A DNA stretch of 64,000 bases from positions 124,001-188,000 of the forward strand of contig NZ_MWQY01000002.1 of assembly GCF_002087085.1 (NCBI RefSeq), in the 5' to 3' direction. The position numbers and the translations under genes are program-made. The notes beneath the pieces were generated by a model. That model was not told the DNA's origin, searched no databases, and saw nothing but the letters and a program-made list of their open reading frames with translations. Shown piece by piece: positions 58,523 to 64,000 of this stretch (position 1 is the first letter of the stretch; the number at the start of each line of letters is the position of its first letter).

Positions 58523-58793
58523 TAATCAGAGCGGCGGAAAAAAACAGATACGGCAGAATATCAAGAACCAGAGCAGCGAGGGGAATGTTTCCAAACAGCA
58601 ACAGGGAGTCGTCGATGATCCCGAAAAAGCTGAGGGTCGAAAAAGTAATCTCCAGGTAGCGCAGGACGATACCCATAATAACCAGCATCCACGCGGTATC
58701 TCTGGTCTGGGACCAGAAGTAAATGGCCAGAAAGGCCGTCACTCCTCCCAGGGCAAGCTGTGCGATATGGGGGATCATCGTACTTACTTCCAT
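58494..58793 (-). CDS. Small hypothetical membrane protein
   Basis: About three TM helices; AIYFWSQTRDTAWM. Confidence 0.7.
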   Translation of the reverse strand: MEVSTMIPHIAQLALGGVTAFLAIYFWSQTRDTAWMLVIMGIVLRYLEITFSTLSFFGIIDDSLLLFGNIPLAALVLDILPYLFFSAALIIMIRRQHFR

Positions 58794-59599
58794 TTTCCCT
58801 CCGAATTCCTGAGTAATTTTATGTCTCCTTCCTCATAGCTCCCGGGAATTATTGAAGGAAGGTGATAATCCGGGGACGGGTAGATCCCGCAGGAGATCAG
58901 TTCCTGAACCAGATCCGGATAGTCCTCCTTCGCGCACCCGGGAAAGAGATAGGGACCCCTCCGCTCCCAGGGTCCCCTGGGGAAACTCTTATAATAATCG
59001 AGGTCGGCTTGACTGATCCAGCGAAAAAAGAGTCCGGCGGCGTAAACCTGGGGTGCAAGCAGAAAAGGCGGAACCGGTGCCGGCATCAGGTCCAGGGATT
59101 TCCGGCTCAGGACAAAAACCCCGCCCCAGGTACCCGTTCCGGGAAGTACCGGCAGCAGCACATCCGCCGGCGGCACAGGCAGAAAGGGTCTCCAGATACA
59201 GGGCTCATCGATTTCAGATAGTTCATCCGTCCCGTAGCCCGCATCCAGGGGATCCCGGAACGGGGCTGAATCCGCTCCGAGACGTGCCTCCAGAGCCTTC
59301 ATGGCTTCCGGATACGAAGGAAAAACGCTGACCTGGGGATAGTCCGGAAAAAAGCTGTTCAGCAGCCTTGCCGCCCTGTGCTCCCAGATTGAAGGCATTG
59401 CAGCGGGGCCAAGTTTATCCAGGCTGTTTTTGAATCGCAAAGCGAGCCCCTTCGGGCGGCTTCCGAGCATTCCTCTGCCCGCATCCTGATACAGGTCAAG
59501 AAAGCGTCTTCCCTCCGGAGTGTAGAGGCGAAAACCGCGGCTGCGACGTATGGATGGAAAACCCGCAAAGGAAGCGGCGGAGGGCAGTTCAAAACTCAT
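58784..59599 (-). CDS. Shortened class-III aminotransferase-like protein
   Basis: RRSRGFRLYTPEGRRFLDLY..G..LG resembles the class-III N-terminus; much shorter than typical members. Confidence 0.6.
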   Translation of the reverse strand: MSFELPSAASFAGFPSIRRSRGFRLYTPEGRRFLDLYQDAGRGMLGSRPKGLALRFKNSLDKLGPAAMPSIWEHRAARLLNSFFPDYPQVSVFPSYPEAMKALEARLGADSAPFRDPLDAGYGTDELSEIDEPCIWRPFLPVPPADVLLPVLPGTGTWGGVFVLSRKSLDLMPAPVPPFLLAPQVYAAGLFFRWISQADLDYYKSFPRGPWERRGPYLFPGCAKEDYPDLVQELISCGIYPSPDYHLPSIIPGSYEEGDIKLLRNSEGKWK

Positions 59600-61670
59600 C
59601 GATATAGACCCTCTCCAGGTGGTTCTCAAACTCGGGATAAAAGGTTGCGCTGCGTCCGGTCTCAAAGCGGACGATAATCAGTTCCCGCTCCCCGTTGAGC
59701 CAGGATTTGACCACAACACCGGTACCGTAGGCGTCATGATAAACCCCGTCGCCGGGGGAATAGGTCAGAGCTGCGGATGCCGCGGGCTTTTCGTCCCCTT
59801 CGACTTCGACCCGCTCCTGTGGAATCTCCCGTAAAAAGCAGGAAGGACTCTGCAGGTTCCGCCTCCCCCAGATAAAACGGCTGCGGCAGCTGGTCAGAAT
59901 AAGCTCTTCCCTGGCCCTGGTCAGACTGACATAGAAAATACGCCGTTCCTCTTCGTAGTCCACCTCCCGGAATCCGTTATTCCCCGGAAAGAGTTCCTCC
60001 TCCATTCCGGTGATGATGACCCGGGGGAACTCCAGCCCCTTGGTATTGTGCATGGTAATCAGGGTAACATACTCCCCGCTCTCCTCTTCGGCGGTCATAC
60101 GGGACCGGTCAAGCTCAATATCCTCGAGGAAGGAGACAAGGGCCTCCGGACCTCGACCGTAATCGGCGGCGGCATTGACCATCTCTTCCAGGTTTGAGGT
60201 CTTCTGGGTAGCGGCAACCTCATCCTGCTTCTGGTGATATTCATAGAGGCCGGAATCCCGGATTAAAAGCTCGATGACCTCCGCCAGGGGAGCCGATTCC
60301 AGCATCTGCTGAAGCCGCCTGAACAGATCAACAAAGCCGGCCAGGCCTGCAGCGGACCTGCCGCCCAGGGAGGGAAGAATTGCCTCGCAGGCGGACAGAA
60401 GGTCATCTCCCTCCGCCTGGTCCAGGATACGCTGCAGCGTGGTGTTGCCGATGCCCCGGGCAGGTTTATTGACAATCCGCCTGAAGGCGACCTCATCCAG
60501 GGAGTTGGAAATAAAGGCAAGAAAGGCCAGGACATCCTTGACCTCCTCACGCTCATAAAAACGAAGAGACCCGACAATCCGGTAGGGGATACCCCGGCGC
60601 AGAAAAACCGATTCAAAGGCGAGGGACTGGGCATTGGTGCGGTAGAGAATGGCAGTATCGCTGTAGCGCCGGTCCCCGAGAAGCCGGGCACAGTACTCGG
60701 CTTCCTCATCGTGGTCCCGCAGATAAACGATCCGGGCCCTGACCCCCTCGGGATTCCGGGTCCAGAGGGTTTTTCCAAGGCGTTCCTGGTTGTTGGCAAT
60801 CACGGATGACGCAACAGCAAGAATGGTACCGGTGGAGCGGTAGTTCTCCTCCAGACGGATAACCCGGGTACCCTTGAACTCCCTGGAAAAGTTCAGAATG
60901 TTCTGAACCTCCGCACCGCGGAAACGGTAGATCGACTGATCTTCGTCGCCCACAACGCAGATGTCCGTATCCGGCCCGGACAGGGCCTTAAGCAGCTTGA
61001 ACTGCGCCACATTCGAGTCCTGGTATTCATCGACCATAACCGCCTTGAAGCGCTGATGAAAACGACGCCTGAGCTCTTCCACCTCCCCAAGCAGCCTGAC
61101 CGGTTTCATTATAAGATCGCCGAAATCCACGTTCCCCATCCTGTCAAGCCGCTCCTGGTAGAGTCTGTACAGGCGGGGAAGCTCCGGATCTGAAGAAATC
61201 GTCGTAAGATCGTCCTCCGGTCCCAGGGCGTAATCCTTGGCCCGGCTGATCATGCGGACATAGCGCTTCAGGTCCTGCTTTTTTCGGGAATCCTGGGTGG
61301 AGTGAAGCAGGGTCAGGGAATCATCGTCGTCGTAGATGGTAAAACCCGATTTCAGCCCCGCCAGGTGGGCATTGCGGCGCAGCAGCCAGGCCCCGAAGGA
61401 GTGAAAGGTCCGGATCATGACTCCCCTGGTTCCGGGACTCAAGGATGCAGCCCGTTCGGCCATCTCCCGGGAAGCCTTATTGGTGAAGGTAACCGCCAGG
61501 ATCGACCGTGGATCGAATCCGGCGACATCGCAGAGATAGGCAATTCTGGTGGTTATTACCCGGGTTTTTCCTGACCCGGCTCCTGCAAGGATCAGCAGAG
61601 GGGTTCCGTAGTGGGTTACAGCCTCAAGCTGTTGGGGATTGAGACTCTCCAGATAGTCGGGACTTCTCAT
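59589..61670 (-). CDS. uvrD: UvrD/PcrA/Rep ATP-dependent DNA helicase
   Basis: LNPQQ, AGAGSGKT, VDEYQD, VGDEDQSIY, ENYRST, KGLEF, EERRIFYVSLTRA. Confidence 0.93.
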   Translation of the reverse strand: MRSPDYLESLNPQQLEAVTHYGTPLLILAGAGSGKTRVITTRIAYLCDVAGFDPRSILAVTFTNKASREMAERAASLSPGTRGVMIRTFHSFGAWLLRRNAHLAGLKSGFTIYDDDDSLTLLHSTQDSRKKQDLKRYVRMISRAKDYALGPEDDLTTISSDPELPRLYRLYQERLDRMGNVDFGDLIMKPVRLLGEVEELRRRFHQRFKAVMVDEYQDSNVAQFKLLKALSGPDTDICVVGDEDQSIYRFRGAEVQNILNFSREFKGTRVIRLEENYRSTGTILAVASSVIANNQERLGKTLWTRNPEGVRARIVYLRDHDEEAEYCARLLGDRRYSDTAILYRTNAQSLAFESVFLRRGIPYRIVGSLRFYEREEVKDVLAFLAFISNSLDEVAFRRIVNKPARGIGNTTLQRILDQAEGDDLLSACEAILPSLGGRSAAGLAGFVDLFRRLQQMLESAPLAEVIELLIRDSGLYEYHQKQDEVAATQKTSNLEEMVNAAADYGRGPEALVSFLEDIELDRSRMTAEEESGEYVTLITMHNTKGLEFPRVIITGMEEELFPGNNGFREVDYEEERRIFYVSLTRAREELILTSCRSRFIWGRRNLQSPSCFLREIPQERVEVEGDEKPAASAALTYSPGDGVYHDAYGTGVVVKSWLNGERELIIVRFETGRSATFYPEFENHLERVYIDEF

Positions 61671-61684
61671 ATATGTGTAGGACT

Positions 61685-63028
61685 TTACCGTAAAAGCGGT
61701 AACGCCTCAAGGTCGATTCCGTTACAGGCGATAATTTGCGCTTCCGTCAGATCCCCGGCGGTAAGTCCTTCGCCGTGGAGGACTACCGAACCGTCCACCT
61801 CCGGGGCGTGTATATACCCCCTGGCAAGGGCAAGTTCCTCTCCCTGAACGGGTTCGTCCACCAGGAGCCTCATGGGTTTCTTGACGAATCCGGACAGGAT
61901 CGCCCGGCTGATCTCCATCTGCAGGGCTTCCAGGCGTGGTTTCCGGGCGGCAGCGCGGAAACGGCTCCAGCGGGCCCGGGGAGTCCCGGCGTAGCCGGCC
62001 GCAGGGGTGTCTTCCTCGGGGGAATAGATAAAGAAACCGGCCCACAGAAAGCGGCCTGCTTTCAGGAAATCCTCCACCTCCCGGCGGTGACGACGGGTCT
62101 CCCCGGGAAAACCGAGAAGAATGGTGGTGCGAAAAACCGCTTCAGGAAGGAGTTTTCGGATCCGCGCAATAAGTTCAAGATAGGTGTCTGCAGTACCCCG
62201 ACGTCCCATGCGCCGGAGAATATCCTCTGAGGCATGCTGGAAGGGAATGTCAAAGTAGGGCAGAATCCTTGAATCCGCCTTCATGACGGGCAGGATCTCC
62301 TCAGGGAAGCGATCGGGGTGGATATAGAGAAGGCGCACCCAGAAATCCCCGGAAAGGGAGCTGATCCTCCGGAGCAGCTCAGGAAGCTCCTGAGCTCCCC
62401 TGTCCCGGCCGAAGGAAGCCAGGTCCTGGGCGACGAGGTTTATTTCGAATATTCCTCTGGACAGAAGTTCCTCAATCTCCTCCAGGATGTCCTCAATCCG
62501 CCGGCTGACAACCGGTCCCCGGATAAGGGGAATGGCGCAGTAACTGCAGCGGTTGTCACAGCCCTCGGCGATCTTTACGTAGGCCGTCCCCTTCGAGGAG
62601 AGAAGAAGGTTCCGTCGGAGCTCTCTGGGGGCATCAGGGAGGACCAGTACCGGCCGGCCGTCCTCTTCCAGTTCCCCCAGCACTCTTATAACCGCCTGAA
62701 GGTCCCGGTTGCCCGCGACGGCATCCGCTTCGGGAAGGGCCATGGTATGGGCATAACGCTGAGCGAGGCAGCCGGCAAGAACGATCTTCTTCTCGGGATA
62801 CCGGGCCTTGAGCTCCATGGTAACGGAGATCGATTCCTCCTTTGCCGGCTGAATAAAGCCGCAGGAGTTGACAATAATGGCGTCCGCAGCGGACTGGTCC
62901 TCCGTATACGCATACCCCTCATCTTCGAGGAGCCGGATAAGGTATTCCGCATCTACCTGGTTTTTTGCACAGCCCAGATTGACTATGGATACGGCATGTA
63001 TGGAGAAGGAGTTGTTATCGTGTGTCAT
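61685..63028 (-). CDS. rimO: Ribosomal protein S12 methylthiotransferase
   Basis: LGCAKNQVDAE, NSCGFIQPAKEES, radical SAM CDNRCSYC, APEVDG. Confidence 0.92.
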   Translation of the reverse strand: MTHDNNSFSIHAVSIVNLGCAKNQVDAEYLIRLLEDEGYAYTEDQSAADAIIVNSCGFIQPAKEESISVTMELKARYPEKKIVLAGCLAQRYAHTMALPEADAVAGNRDLQAVIRVLGELEEDGRPVLVLPDAPRELRRNLLLSSKGTAYVKIAEGCDNRCSYCAIPLIRGPVVSRRIEDILEEIEELLSRGIFEINLVAQDLASFGRDRGAQELPELLRRISSLSGDFWVRLLYIHPDRFPEEILPVMKADSRILPYFDIPFQHASEDILRRMGRRGTADTYLELIARIRKLLPEAVFRTTILLGFPGETRRHRREVEDFLKAGRFLWAGFFIYSPEEDTPAAGYAGTPRARWSRFRAAARKPRLEALQMEISRAILSGFVKKPMRLLVDEPVQGEELALARGYIHAPEVDGSVVLHGEGLTAGDLTEAQIIACNGIDLEALPLLR

Positions 63029-63044
63029 TAAGCCGGATTATCCC

Positions 63045-64000
63045 TCAGTACAGGGGGTAGAGAACCAGTTCGTACTCTCCGTCGGTGATCCGCCACTTCA
63101 GCAGCCGGGCTGTCACCTGTCCGGAGCGACCAAAGGAGACCTCTTCACCTTTTATTCGTCCCTGGACCGCCCCCCCGTTGGAAGCCCAGATCTTCAGGCT
63201 GTTGCTGAAATTGAGGCGCAGGACCTCATCCCGCTGAAAAAAGCGTTCCTGCCTGGGTTCGCCGTCGTATTCATAGCGGAACAGGCAGTTTCCCCGGAAG
63301 GATGCCGTCAGGGTTATTACCTCCGGAGAAGGCGCCCGGTACAGAACCTGGGGAGGAACCTCCCGGGAAGCCAGCTGAGTGGTCCCGACGGGAATATCCT
63401 CGGTTATTACTGCCGGCTGCTCAGGGCCTGTAACCGCCTTGTCCAGACGAAGAACCGTCGTGCCGGCAGCGGAATCTATGTCCCGCACCAGGAGATTCAG
63501 ATCATCCCGCCCGTCGCCGTTCAGATCGAGTCTCCGCTCTTCCCCGAGATTCAGGGAAGTCTCTTCTCCCGCCAGGGAAAGGCTCACCTGATCACCGGCT
63601 TCAAGCAGAGAAATGCTGTACTCCGGTCCAAGATCGGGGATTTCAATCCTGGTTCCCGTTTCAAAACGCTGTTCCACGATTTCATCTGTGAAAAGAAAAA
63701 GCGATTCATCCGCAGAAGCGGGAACTTCCCTGACCTGTTCCTGGGCTGCAGCTTCCCCGGCAGAGGAAGATACCGGCTTGTTCAGACGCGGAAAAAACAG
63801 AAACCCCGCGCCCACCGCAGCGAGAACAGTGAGCCCGATAAGGATTAGCAGGACCGGCGAGGGGCCCCGCTTTACCAGCAGCTCATCCATGGGGACCGGC
63901 TGTTCCTGAATCTTGAAATTCTTATACAGAGAGATCATCTCGTTAACATCGAGGCCCAGATAATCGCTGTAATTTCTCAGAAATCCGATCAAATACGGTT
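63045..64000 (-). CDS. RodZ-like HTH/TM membrane protein, 5'-truncated by the window edge
   Basis: GFLRNYSDYLGLD (end of HTH_25), single TM helix, DUF4115-like C-terminus; upstream of rimO. Confidence 0.75.
   Translation of the reverse strand, partial: PYLIGFLRNYSDYLGLDVNEMISLYKNFKIQEQPVPMDELLVKRGPSPVLLILIGLTVLAAVGAGFLFFPRLNKPVSSSAGEAAAQEQVREVPASADESLFLFTDEIVEQRFETGTRIEIPDLGPEYSISLLEAGDQVSLSLAGEETSLNLGEERRLDLNGDGRDDLNLLVRDIDSAAGTTVLRLDKAVTGPEQPAVITEDIPVGTTQLASREVPPQVLYRAPSPEVITLTASFRGNCLFRYEYDGEPRQERFFQRDEVLRLNFSNSLKIWASNGGAVQGRIKGEEVSFGRSGQVTARLLKWRITDGEYELVLYPLY

Overview
This looks like a core-chromosome segment of a GC-rich bacterium. Gene content and order (sufS, gcvTHP, sbcDC, pfk, eno, proS, recX-rpsI-rplM, uvrD-rimO-rodZ, a NusG-II/Gx module) suggest a free-living Spirochaetota member; that assignment is inference. 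About 60 protein genes are supported. I see no rRNA, tRNA, transposase, integrase, cas gene or true CRISPR array. The most notable items are: (1) a 5-unit, ~151-bp tandem array of inverted-repeat (REP/BIME-like) elements with two alternating spacers (12979-13729); (2) a candidate ~110-nt small RNA upstream of sbcDC, whose terminator loop displays a perfect anti-Shine-Dalgarno sequence; (3) at least nine genes with a sigma70-like -10 box 6-7 nt before the start codon, suggesting widespread leaderless translation; (4) a carotenoid cluster (crtI-crtB-cyclase-crtD-cruF plus ABC1 kinase and GGPP synthase); (5) an FGGY kinase resembling animal GK5 inside a lipid-enzyme cluster; (6) an EetA/EetB/FmnA-like membrane module; (7) a DUF1638-hydantoinase fusion; (8) a divergent NDK-fold protein; (9) a kinase-less response-regulator/acylphosphatase operon. 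All family calls come from reading motifs by eye; no database searches were run.
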